NCBI GenBank assembly: GCA_023266675.1
Contig: JAHFPP010000006.1
Span: 1-34,438, forward strand
Length of the DNA stretch: 34,438 nucleotides
Direction of reading: 5' to 3'
Source: Candidatus Woesearchaeota archaeon
GTDB taxonomy: Archaea; Nanobdellota; Nanobdellia; Woesearchaeales; BM511
In this document: in pieces, positions 25,961 through 34,438 of the stretch
Numbering within the stretch: the stretch's first letter is position 1
How the letters are laid out: each line of letters opens with the position of its first letter
Translations under genes and position numbers: made by a program
Notes under the pieces: generated by a model
Databases searched by the model: none
What the model saw: the letters and a program-made list of their open reading frames with translations, nothing else
Told to the model about the DNA's origin: nothing

Positions 25961-26500
25961 TTATACTGCTGCTTTATTATCTCTTTTGATAACCTTTATC
26001 AGGTATTGGTTTGAGAACTTTGAGATTGCCCTGTGAACTGCTTTTCGCGCATGTTCAATATTGTTATCATTAACTTCTACTCGCAAAACAGTCTTTCCTT
26101 CGTACACTCTTGCTGCTAGGCTTATTGATTTTCCAAATGACTTCTGCATACCAGTACTCATCCTGTCTGCGCCTGCTCCTGATGCCAGAGGGTTTTCTCG
26201 AAGTATGTGATGAGGGTAAACCATTACTCTAAAACAGTATCCGCTTTTACCTAAATTTTTTTCAAGGTATCTGATAACTGTCAGTCTTGCTGACTCTATA
26301 GAATTATGTCTTAACTGAATATCGGTTTTTGACACAAGGTCAACGTAATAATCATATTTTTTCTGAGATTCGCCCATAACATATCTGACTATCTTGTTTG
26401 CTGGGACTGCTCTAACGTATGATTTTGCCTGATATTTTGATTTTCTTGTGTAAGGTCTTTCAAGCCTTCTGTATGCAACTGCTTTTCTTAATCTTGCCAT
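25961..26500 (-). CDS. rpl10e: 50S ribosomal protein uL16 (L10e)
   Basis: QLRHNSIESAR, YPHHILRENPLASGAGADRMSTGMQKSFGK. Confidence 0.96.
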   Translation of the reverse strand: MARLRKAVAYRRLERPYTRKSKYQAKSYVRAVPANKIVRYVMGESQKKYDYYVDLVSKTDIQLRHNSIESARLTVIRYLEKNLGKSGYCFRVMVYPHHILRENPLASGAGADRMSTGMQKSFGKSISLAARVYEGKTVLRVEVNDNNIEHARKAVHRAISKFSNQYLIKVIKRDNKAAV

Positions 26501-26643
26501 AGGCTAAAAGAAAAAAGGGTTCATTTATAAACATTTCGAAATATTACTTTACGACAATATTTTTAAGTAGCTTTTTGCTAAATAATATTAAAATATTACA
26601 ATATATACTCAATTTTACTTTTATAGTTATTAGACAAATGTTT

Positions 26644-27195
26644 TTACAATACAGATTTGCAGTGTGCACAGAGTTCTTCTGCGTCTTCTGTTTCAAAAAG
26701 GTTTATTGAGTAGTCTCCGCATACCGAGCACACTCCTTCATTCTGTTTTGAGATGAATACGGGCTTTCTACCTTCTTCTTTGATGTTGTACGTCTCGTAT
26801 ATTAGTCCAAAAAGCTGAGGCTGAACCCTCATTATATCCTTAAACGTTAATAGTCCAAGCAATTTATCGTGTTCAACTACAGGAAGCTGTGTTTGGCCTG
26901 ATTTTGCTATTGTTTTTACGGCATCTCTCATCTCGTCTTTAGGTGAAATTGTGTGGACATCAGTTGACATGGCGTCTTTAACTTTTGTTTTTACTGTGTC
27001 AAGGTTTTTTAATGCGACTTTTCGCGTCACATCTCTTTCAGTCAGGAGGCCGATAAATTTTTCTCCGTCTTTTATCACAAGGCTAGCAACTTTATGCTCT
27101 GCCATCAGTTTTGCCGCGTCCTGAATGGAAGATTCTTTAGAAATTACTACTGGACTTGAAGTCATTGCGTCATAAACCTTATAACTTAAATTCAT
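26644..27195 (-). CDS. Tandem CBS-domain protein with C-terminal CxxC...CxxC zinc ribbon
   Basis: VYDAMT...GLLTERD, VKDAMS...GLLTFKDI, GVCSVCG...LCAHC. Confidence 0.88.
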   Translation of the reverse strand: MNLSYKVYDAMTSSPVVISKESSIQDAAKLMAEHKVASLVIKDGEKFIGLLTERDVTRKVALKNLDTVKTKVKDAMSTDVHTISPKDEMRDAVKTIAKSGQTQLPVVEHDKLLGLLTFKDIMRVQPQLFGLIYETYNIKEEGRKPVFISKQNEGVCSVCGDYSINLFETEDAEELCAHCKSVL

Positions 27196-27374
27196 GTAAA
27201 CCACCCACTAAAATTTATTGAGTTTTACTAGGCAAATCTCATATATAAAACTTTGGAGGAAGCTTTAAATAAAAGATACAAATAAAATTTATAAAATTTT
27301 ATTGTACAGATAAAGTCTTACTTTATCTTGTAGAAAAAAGAATATATAGACATAAAAAAATAAATAATAAAAAA

Positions 27375-29228
27375 CTAATAGTTAAGCAAAACTTCTACAT
27401 CTTTTCCAAAGATTTCTTTTAAGTCATTGAATATCGGTTGCTTGATGAAGACTTTTGGAGCGATGGTTACTTTTGATATTGCGTGCTCAAACGCTTCAAG
27501 TGTTGTTTTTCTTATATTCTTTAAGCTTCCATCGTCTGCTAAGTCCGCAACTGAGAGCTCTTTGTCCGTGTTGTCAATATCATGAATGATATAAGCTTCT
27601 TTCTCAAGAAGTATCACTTCGCCATACCTGTCTCCATGTTTTACTCGGATTTTTGTTTTTTCAAGCTCTTTTCCTCTCTTTCGCTGGATGTACTCAATCA
27701 TCACTTTCATGAATCCCTGGGCTTCTTTCTTTATTTTTGTGATTTCAGTCTTTGAAAGCTTTCCCTTGTCATACTCCTTTTTTGCTTTTATTATCTGTGT
27801 AAGCACTCGGTGGTATTTTTGAGGTAGCGCGCCTTTTGAAATCACATCTTTTTCAAACATGTTTATTATCTCAGTTTCAGGAATCTCTGTTTTTCCTTCA
27901 AGCGTCAATATATCCCTTATTATTGTAACAGTTGATTCATAGACATGAACAATTGATTCCTTCTCTTTTATTTTGTCTATCTCTGTGAAGAGTTGGTTTA
28001 TTCGCTTAAGGTAATCCTCTGCATCTTTCAAAAGATTGTCAAGCTCCGTTCCTGAAATGTTTTTCTTTGTCTGGTGTTCAAGCTCTTTACGAACAAGTAT
28101 CGTTTTTTCAAGCACTTTAACCCATTTATCCTCAAGAAGTTTCTCCTTCTCAACAAATATCTCTCTTAGCATATGAGGTGTTTCTTTAGGAGTTGGTGGT
28201 GGCAATCCATAAAGCATTATTGCTGCCTGTGACGGCGTTAATATCGCGTAGAATATGTCTTCCATTCCTATTTCGTTTATTCTGTACTGCACTCGCTTTA
28301 GCATCTGGTCGCCTGAACTCATGAACATGTCTATTGCTTCAGGTGACGGCTTTATCTTTCCCATCTTGAGTAGCTGTTTCCATGGCATGAAGATTCCCCT
28401 GTCATAAAATGGGATTCCATCTCTTAGGAATGTGAATATTATTGGGTTTGCTTCTTTGATGTTGTCCCAGAAGTCAGTAAGTATATAGACCTGGATGTTA
28501 ATCTTGTTTTTAATTCCGGTCAGCTCTCCTGCTTCGGCGCCCATTCCTATTATTATTGCTCGTAACTTGTCCTTGAGTTCTGCCCGAGTCATCTTTTTCA
28601 CGTCGGTGTCATCAATGACGACAAAAACATCGATGTCGGATTCTGGCGTTGCTTTTCCCTGCACAAGTGAGCCTGCAAGGACGTATGAAACAATGTATTT
28701 CTCAAATTTCTTTAAAGCCATTTGCTTGTGGATTTCAGAAATCTTGACCGCTGCAATCATTCCTCTGTCAAAAACTATTGCGCTTTGCGCTATTGCCTCA
28801 AGCATATCATATTTTGCATCGTAGCAACTTTGCCATAGTTCTGATAATATAACAGCCTGCACATCAAAATTCGGCTCTATGTCCTTTGCTGTCTGAATTA
28901 TTATTGCTCCAAGCTTTTCCTTAAGCTCATGTTTTGGCATCTTTTTTGAGTCAGAATCATCAACAAGCACAAGAAGGTTTATTGCATCCTTATTTACTGT
29001 CTCTCCTTCTTTTGGCTTAGAAGGCGGAAGAAGCGTTATGCCCATTATGTAATTGTCAAACTTTTTGACGACTTCCTTCTGGAATTTGTCAAGTTTTCCT
29101 TTCAAGTGCTTAAGTTTCTCCTCGGCTTCCTTTGAAAGTCCTTCAGGTATCTTGAATTCTGAGACTTCTTGTTTTGCCTCTTTTTTATCTTCTTTCTTGT
29201 CGTCTTTTTTATTCTCTTTCTTAGCCAT
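27375..29228 (-). CDS. Pol-beta-superfamily nucleotidyltransferase-domain protein with internal duplication and helical C-terminus
   Basis: VLAGSLVQGKATPESDIDVFVVIDD (GS...DxD). Degenerate earlier copy INLLVLVDDSDSKKM. GGTGA SD before ATG 29228. Confidence 0.8.
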   Translation of the reverse strand: MAKKENKKDDKKEDKKEAKQEVSEFKIPEGLSKEAEEKLKHLKGKLDKFQKEVVKKFDNYIMGITLLPPSKPKEGETVNKDAINLLVLVDDSDSKKMPKHELKEKLGAIIIQTAKDIEPNFDVQAVILSELWQSCYDAKYDMLEAIAQSAIVFDRGMIAAVKISEIHKQMALKKFEKYIVSYVLAGSLVQGKATPESDIDVFVVIDDTDVKKMTRAELKDKLRAIIIGMGAEAGELTGIKNKINIQVYILTDFWDNIKEANPIIFTFLRDGIPFYDRGIFMPWKQLLKMGKIKPSPEAIDMFMSSGDQMLKRVQYRINEIGMEDIFYAILTPSQAAIMLYGLPPPTPKETPHMLREIFVEKEKLLEDKWVKVLEKTILVRKELEHQTKKNISGTELDNLLKDAEDYLKRINQLFTEIDKIKEKESIVHVYESTVTIIRDILTLEGKTEIPETEIINMFEKDVISKGALPQKYHRVLTQIIKAKKEYDKGKLSKTEITKIKKEAQGFMKVMIEYIQRKRGKELEKTKIRVKHGDRYGEVILLEKEAYIIHDIDNTDKELSVADLADDGSLKNIRKTTLEAFEHAISKVTIAPKVFIKQPIFNDLKEIFGKDVEVLLNY

Positions 29229-29392
29229 TTGTGTCACCTTTGAAATATTAATTTAAATCTTAATTTTTTGTATATTTTTTTAATATTTTTTACTTATATC
29301 CTCTTAATATTGGCTTATTTTTAAATAAATTTGTCATGCAAACATCATTACTGAGACATATTTGTCAATTCATGTAAACCTCTGGTTTATAC

Positions 29393-29526
29393 CGAGTTAT
29401 TGAAAAGTTAAACGTCTGTGCCTACAAATGCTGAAATTTGCGTAGCAAATGTAGGCATGACCAGACGGAATCGAGTGAAGTGTTTTTACGTAACGAGATG
29501 TAGTAGGGTAACTTTTCAATAACGCC
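29393..29526. mobile_element. MITE-like element, 134 bp
   Basis: Perfect 15-bp inverted repeats GTTATTGAAAAGTTA (29396-29410) / TAACTTTTCAATAAC (29509-29523). Flanking 8-bp direct repeat GTTTATAC (29385-29392, 29527-29534). Internal nested stems. Confidence 0.65.
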
Positions 29527-29570
29527 GTTTATACAATAATTTTATTAATACACTTTTTTTACAATACCAA

Positions 29571-31127
29571 ATGATAAATTTAAATTCACTTCCTGAGGAC
29601 CCTGGATGCTATCTTTTTAAAAACAAGAATAATGACATAATTTATATTGGAAAGGCCAAATCTCTTAAAAAACGGGTTAGTTCATATTTCCGGGAAACAA
29701 ATAAGGATGAAAAAACAAAGAGTTTAGTCAAAGAAATATCTTATGTTGAGTTTTTTGCAACAACAAATGAAGTTGAGGCGCTCGTTCTAGAAAACAATCT
29801 TATTCAAAAGCATAAACCATTCTACAATATTGATCTTAAAGATTCAAGAAGATATGCTTATATTATTATGACTGATGAAGATTATCCTCGGCTTTTAGTT
29901 GCGCGAGACAAATCACTTAAAGGAAGATATTATGGTCCTTTTGTTTCTGCAAAGTACCGACATCATGTCATAAAAGTTCTGCTTCAGGCTTTTTCTATCA
30001 GAACTTGCAGCAAGCTTCCAAAAAAGGCATGCCTTCGCTTTCATATAGGACTGTGCTCTGCGCCGTGCATAAACAATATTTCCAAAGAAGATTATGCTTT
30101 GTCAATAAAAAACGCAGAGAAATTTCTTAAAGGAGATACAAAAGAACTTATTAATCGTTTGACGACTGAAATGGAACTAAATTCAAAAAAGCTTTTTTAT
30201 GAAAAAGCAAAGACGCTTCGCGATCAGCTGAATGCAATAAATTTTCTAAGCGAAAAACAGAAATTTGAAGTCGAAAAAAGATATGATGAGGACATAATAA
30301 ACTATGTTGTTGAGAAGGAGAAAGTGTATCTTATAGTGTTTAATATCTCACGAGGAATTCTTGCAACAAAAAGCGAATTCTCATTTGATTACAAAGAAGA
30401 TTTTTTTGAAGAATTTTTGATACAGTATTACTACAAAAACAGCGTTCCTAAAGAAGTGATACTGCCTCACAAATTAAATGATGAATCAATAATCCCTTAT
30501 CTTGAAAAGATGAGAGGGGCAAAAGTTGATATTGTTATTCCTAAAATTGGGGATAAATTCTCTTTGTTGAATCTTGTCAAAAGAAATATAGAAATAAGTT
30601 TCTTGTCGGAGAATAAGAAAATAAACGCGCTAAAAGATGCTTTAAACATCAATTCAACTCCGCGGGTGATTGAATGTTTTGATATATCACATATCTCAGG
30701 AACAAATGTGATTGGCTCAATGGTGCGCTTTGACAACGCGCACCCTGATAAATCAAATTATCGTCGATTCAAGATAAAGACGGTTGTTGGAAGCGATGAT
30801 TTTGCCTCTATAAATGAGATTGTAATGCGAAGATACAAAAGATTGAAAAACGAACAAAAAGATATGCCTGACCTTATAGTTATTGATGGCGGAAAAGGAC
30901 AGCTTTCAGCAGCAATAGATGCTCTTAAAACACTTGAGCTTAAAATTCCGATTATTTCACTTGCAAAAAAATTTGAGGAGATTTACACGCCATACCGTGA
31001 TGTGCCAATAAGACTTTTAAAAACATCTGAAGGATTAAAACTTTTGATGCAGATAAGAGACGAAGCGCACAGGTTTGGGATAAAATACCACCGGCTTCTT
31101 CGAAGCAAAGAAATGATTAAAGAATGA
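29571..31127 (+). CDS. uvrC: Excinuclease ABC subunit C (no C-terminal HhH domain)
   Basis: GIY-YIG (PGCYLF...IYIGKAKSLKKRVSSYF), Cys cluster, UVR domain, IECFDISH, PDLIVIDGGKGQL, RDEAHRF. Confidence 0.95.
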   Translation: MINLNSLPEDPGCYLFKNKNNDIIYIGKAKSLKKRVSSYFRETNKDEKTKSLVKEISYVEFFATTNEVEALVLENNLIQKHKPFYNIDLKDSRRYAYIIMTDEDYPRLLVARDKSLKGRYYGPFVSAKYRHHVIKVLLQAFSIRTCSKLPKKACLRFHIGLCSAPCINNISKEDYALSIKNAEKFLKGDTKELINRLTTEMELNSKKLFYEKAKTLRDQLNAINFLSEKQKFEVEKRYDEDIINYVVEKEKVYLIVFNISRGILATKSEFSFDYKEDFFEEFLIQYYYKNSVPKEVILPHKLNDESIIPYLEKMRGAKVDIVIPKIGDKFSLLNLVKRNIEISFLSENKKINALKDALNINSTPRVIECFDISHISGTNVIGSMVRFDNAHPDKSNYRRFKIKTVVGSDDFASINEIVMRRYKRLKNEQKDMPDLIVIDGGKGQLSAAIDALKTLELKIPIISLAKKFEEIYTPYRDVPIRLLKTSEGLKLLMQIRDEAHRFGIKYHRLLRSKEMIKE

Positions 31128-31163
31128 TTGGGTTTTAAAGTAATAACCGCCACTTAACTTTAT

Positions 31164-31448
31164 CTAAGGTCTATAATTTGCAGGTGAATATTGATGCATC
31201 CTAATTGTTCTGTTATCTACAGTATAGCATGACTCAAGATTTCTAAGTACCTGTCCAAGACATCTTTTATCATCAATTGAACCAAGTGATGCAATTACAT
31301 CAAACTCAAGCGTGTTTGGGTTTATCTGGGCTTTTGATACTTTCACGCCTTCGATTTTTCTGCCGTATTCTTTGTGTCCTTTTAATGTTCGCTCTAAACC
31401 AAAACGAATATCTTCTCTAATTTTAATAAATGTATCCTGTTCTGTCAT
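31164..31448 (-). CDS. Hypothetical protein
   Basis: 94-aa ORF with an upstream TTTAAA box. Confidence 0.55.
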   Translation of the reverse strand: MTEQDTFIKIREDIRFGLERTLKGHKEYGRKIEGVKVSKAQINPNTLEFDVIASLGSIDDKRCLGQVLRNLESCYTVDNRTIRMHQYSPANYRP

Positions 31449-31547
31449 AATCTCATGTTAACTAAAACTATTTTAAATATCTTTCTATTGTGCGGTGGTA
31501 ACTAAAATTGAGGAGGGGTATTATCTAACTAAACTTGTATTAAATCT

Positions 31548-31943
31548 TTACGCTTTCAATAATTTTTCTATCTCTGAAAGGATTTCAGACTGGTTAAAAT
31601 TCATTAGGGAGGTTTGTATTCCATGCGACTTTGTTAATATCTTTTTTGCGTTATCTAAGAATTCAGCTTTAATATGCGGGGTATCGCCTTCATATGATTT
31701 TGTTTCAAAATCCTCAAACCATTTTCGTGGAACAGGCGTAACCATTCCTGATGACTCATCTTTTCCTTGTTTGTATATTACAGGAACAAAATATGAGTCA
31801 TTAATCCCTGTCGGCTTTTGATTGTATCTCGATTGGAAAATTCCTATTACAATTGCAACTGAAGAAAATGACTCCCCTGTTGTAGGAATCCGGTAGGTTA
31901 AAGTCAGTAAATCGTTCTGTTTTAGCGCGTTGTATTCAACCAT
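31548..31943 (-). CDS. Hypothetical protein
   Basis: ORF in track (TTG 31958). In-frame ATG 31943 is the more likely start. Confidence 0.55.
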   Translation of the reverse strand: MVEYNALKQNDLLTLTYRIPTTGESFSSVAIVIGIFQSRYNQKPTGINDSYFVPVIYKQGKDESSGMVTPVPRKWFEDFETKSYEGDTPHIKAEFLDNAKKILTKSHGIQTSLMNFNQSEILSEIEKLLKA

Positions 31944-32053
31944 ACCTAAGTAAAACAATGAATATTAATAAAGTTTACGTTTATGATACTACTTTTGTAT
32001 GATTACTATCTTAAAACATTAACTTTATAATTATTTTAAAACTCTTTAAATAC

Positions 32054-33988
32054 ATGGATAAATTTAAGCTAGTTTCAACCTTCTCGCCACGTGGGGACCA
32101 AATTAAAGCAATAGAGAAACTTGTTGACGGAATAAAAAAAGGTTACGACAAGCAGGTTCTACTGGGAGTTACAGGGTCAGGTAAAACTTTCACAATATCA
32201 AATGTTATAACTCAAATAAACAGGCCAACACTTGTTGTTGCACATAACAAAACACTTGCAGCGCAGCTTTACAGGGAGTTCAAAGAATTCTTCCCAAATA
32301 ACCGAGTTGAATATTTTGTTTCATATTACGATTATTTCCAGCCTGAAAGTTATCTTCCTTCAACAGATACTTACATAGAAAAAGATATGTCAATCAATCC
32401 GAAAATTGAGCAGATGAGGCTTTCAGCAAATCAAGGAGTATTAACAAGAAAAGATGTCATAATCGTCGCGTCAGTTTCATGCATTTACTCACTTGGAGAC
32501 CCAAAAAATTATGACAGCATGTCCCTTGAACTGCGAAAAAATATGAAGTTGTCACGAAAGGAACTCATATTGAAACTTTTGGGACAGCAGTATGAACGAA
32601 ATGACAAAGAAATAGTCTCCGGACGATTTAGAGTCCGAGGTGATGTTATAGACGTTGTACCAGGATATTCAGACGATGTGCTTCGAATAGAGCTTAATGG
32701 AGACAAAATTGAAAAACTTTCCTTTCTTGACAAAAATGATTTTACATTAAAAGAAAGTCCTGAATATTATTTTCTTTTTCCGGCTAGGCACTTCGTTGTT
32801 GAAGACGAGTCGAAAAAAGACGCAGTTGAACTCATAAAACAGGAGCTTGCAGAAGAATTGCCAAAAATACAGGACCCGCTAATTGCTCACAGGCTTAAGC
32901 AAAGGGTTACAAATGATATAGAAATGATTGAGCAGGTAGGGTATTGCAAAGGAATAGAGAATTATTCTAGACATTTTGACAAAAGACTCACCGGTCAGCC
33001 GCCATATTCACTTTTGGATTATTTTCCTAAAGATTTTCTTCTAATAGTTGACGAGTCTCACCAGATGATTCCTCAAATTCATGGAATGTATAAAGGTGAC
33101 CGTTCACGAAAAGCGAATCTTATTGAATACGGATTTAGGTTGCCGTCAGCATTTGACAACCGTCCTTTAAAGTTTGAAGAGTTCAAGAAATACATGACAA
33201 GTACCATTTTTGTTTCAGCAACGCCGGCAGAGTATGAAAAGGATATTTCAAAGCAGATTGTTGAGCAGATAATCAGGCCAACTGGTCTACTTGACCCTGA
33301 AGTTTTCACTCATCCAATAAAAGGACAAATAACTCACTTAATTTCTGAGATTGAAAAAGTTGTTAAGAAAAATTTTAGGGCACTAGTCACAACGCTCACA
33401 AAAAGAATGGCAGAAGAATTATCTGAGTTTTTGAGTGAAAAAGGAATTAAAGTTCGTTATTTACATTCTGAAGTTGATACACTTGAACGAAATGAGATTT
33501 TACGACAGCTTAGACTTGGAAAATTTGATGTATTAATCGGGATAAATTTACTTCGAGAAGGAATTGACATACCTGAAGTAGCGCTTGTTGCAATACTTGA
33601 TGCTGATAAAGAAGGATTTTTACGAAACGACAAATCATTAATACAAATAATAGGACGAGCCGCGCGAAATTCAGACTCAAAAGTATTTTTGTATATGGAT
33701 AAAGAAACAGATTCAATTAAAAAAGCGTTAAGTGAAACATTAAGGAGAAGAAAAATACAAATAGAATACAACACCAAAAACCACATAACTCCAACAACAA
33801 TAATTAAACCAATACATGATGACGGAATAGAACTAAAAGACATAAAACACATACCTAAAAATGATGTTCCTAAAATGATTAAAGAATTAGATATTAAAAT
33901 GAAAAAGGCTGCTGACGACCTGGACTTTGAGTCAGCGATATTACTGCGGGATAAGATTGAACAGCTGAAGAAGCGAGGAGAAAAATAA
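32054..33988 (+). CDS. uvrB: Excinuclease ABC subunit B
   Basis: LGVTGSGKT, HNKTLAAQLY, YFVSYYDYFQPESY, DESH, GFRLPSAFDNRPL, INLLREG, GRAARN, C-terminal UVR domain. Confidence 0.98.
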   Translation: MDKFKLVSTFSPRGDQIKAIEKLVDGIKKGYDKQVLLGVTGSGKTFTISNVITQINRPTLVVAHNKTLAAQLYREFKEFFPNNRVEYFVSYYDYFQPESYLPSTDTYIEKDMSINPKIEQMRLSANQGVLTRKDVIIVASVSCIYSLGDPKNYDSMSLELRKNMKLSRKELILKLLGQQYERNDKEIVSGRFRVRGDVIDVVPGYSDDVLRIELNGDKIEKLSFLDKNDFTLKESPEYYFLFPARHFVVEDESKKDAVELIKQELAEELPKIQDPLIAHRLKQRVTNDIEMIEQVGYCKGIENYSRHFDKRLTGQPPYSLLDYFPKDFLLIVDESHQMIPQIHGMYKGDRSRKANLIEYGFRLPSAFDNRPLKFEEFKKYMTSTIFVSATPAEYEKDISKQIVEQIIRPTGLLDPEVFTHPIKGQITHLISEIEKVVKKNFRALVTTLTKRMAEELSEFLSEKGIKVRYLHSEVDTLERNEILRQLRLGKFDVLIGINLLREGIDIPEVALVAILDADKEGFLRNDKSLIQIIGRAARNSDSKVFLYMDKETDSIKKALSETLRRRKIQIEYNTKNHITPTTIIKPIHDDGIELKDIKHIPKNDVPKMIKELDIKMKKAADDLDFESAILLRDKIEQLKKRGEK

Positions 33989-34008
33989 GGATTATACAGT
34001 TAATTATT

Positions 34009-34275
34009 TTATTCAAATTTCTTTATCTTTGAATCATAAAAAACAGATGGTGACACATAGCATGCTTTGCTGTCAGGACAAAAGATAAGAGGAGAATATG
34101 CTCTGTTAAAGAACTGTCCCGTATCAGTCTCGCCAATTTGTCTGACTTTCTGAGAGATATAATCTGTTGAATTGCCAATTATTTTTTTTGTATAATCCTG
34201 AACTTGAGGATTAAGAGTGAGTGCTAATGCAAAAGCTGCTAAAACTGTTGTTTCTAACGCTTTGTCTCGTATCAT
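34009..34275 (-). CDS. Small protein with N-terminal hydrophobic segment
   Basis: TVLAAFALALTL. TATA-like box upstream. Confidence 0.55.
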   Translation of the reverse strand: MIRDKALETTVLAAFALALTLNPQVQDYTKKIIGNSTDYISQKVRQIGETDTGQFFNRAYSPLIFCPDSKACYVSPSVFYDSKIKKFE

Positions 34276-34311
34276 ATCAACTTAGTTGGTGATATTATAT
34301 ATAATTCTTTA

Positions 34312-34346
34312 GGTAAACCAATTAGTTTACCATTATTTAATGGTAA
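34312..34346. promoter_or_regulatory. Overlapping palindromes GGTAA-N10-TTACC-N10-GGTAA, operator candidate
   Basis: GGTAAAC-N6-GTTTACC (34312-34331) and TTACCATTA-TT-TAATGGTAA (34327-34346). Confidence 0.45.
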
Positions 34347-34438
34347 TATTTAAATAAGAATTAGTTATTTTCAAATCATGCAAATATCAAGAGCAAATGA
34401 GTTTAGCGGCATATATTTTAATTCTTTGGAAGAAGCAT

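Noticed and set aside
1167..33852. Many short antisense or overlapping ORFs in the track (e.g. 3486-3836, 10261-10671, 13078-13464, 21679-22074, 31495-31821, 33457-33852)
   Set aside because: They are shadows of better-supported genes on the opposite strand or frame, with no recognisable motifs.
34371..34438. Possible 3' end of a minus-strand gene (...KELKYMPLNSFALDICMI*)
   Set aside because: Too short at the window edge to support a call.

Overview
AT-rich archaeal chromosomal segment. Cbf5, uL16/L10e, an MCM-type AAA+ protein, a Hel308-type helicase, GGTGA Shine-Dalgarno (SD) motifs and TTTATA boxes 21-25 nt before start codons support this. The gene mix suggests a DPANN (Woesearchaeota-like) genome, which is inference. 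Housekeeping genes: class II lysS, gpmA, eno, cbf5, nth, rpl10e, uvrC, uvrB. Three accessory loci stand out. (1) A NUDIX gene followed by three tandem proteins, each ending in a guanylate-kinase-like domain but with different N-terminal modules (two unrelated variable regions and one LRR solenoid). (2) A Tat-like-signal, phage-fibre-like Gly/Cys-rich protein followed by a GT9-like glycosyltransferase, a NodU/CmcH carbamoyltransferase and a catalytically degenerate GmhB-like protein. (3) An Lrp / basic-amino-acid decarboxylase / LysRS / GNAT operon upstream of a ProB-like kinase. By hand I also found features missing from the ORF track: a RimJ-type GNAT with no canonical start, two small ORFs with strong SD sites (one a 32-aa Cys-rich peptide), the ProB-like gene, and a 134-bp MITE-like element with 15-bp inverted repeats and an 8-bp target duplication. 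No rRNA, tRNA, CRISPR array or transposase was recognised. There is a 10-N scaffold gap at 20056-20065. All family calls come from motif recognition by eye; no database searches were run.
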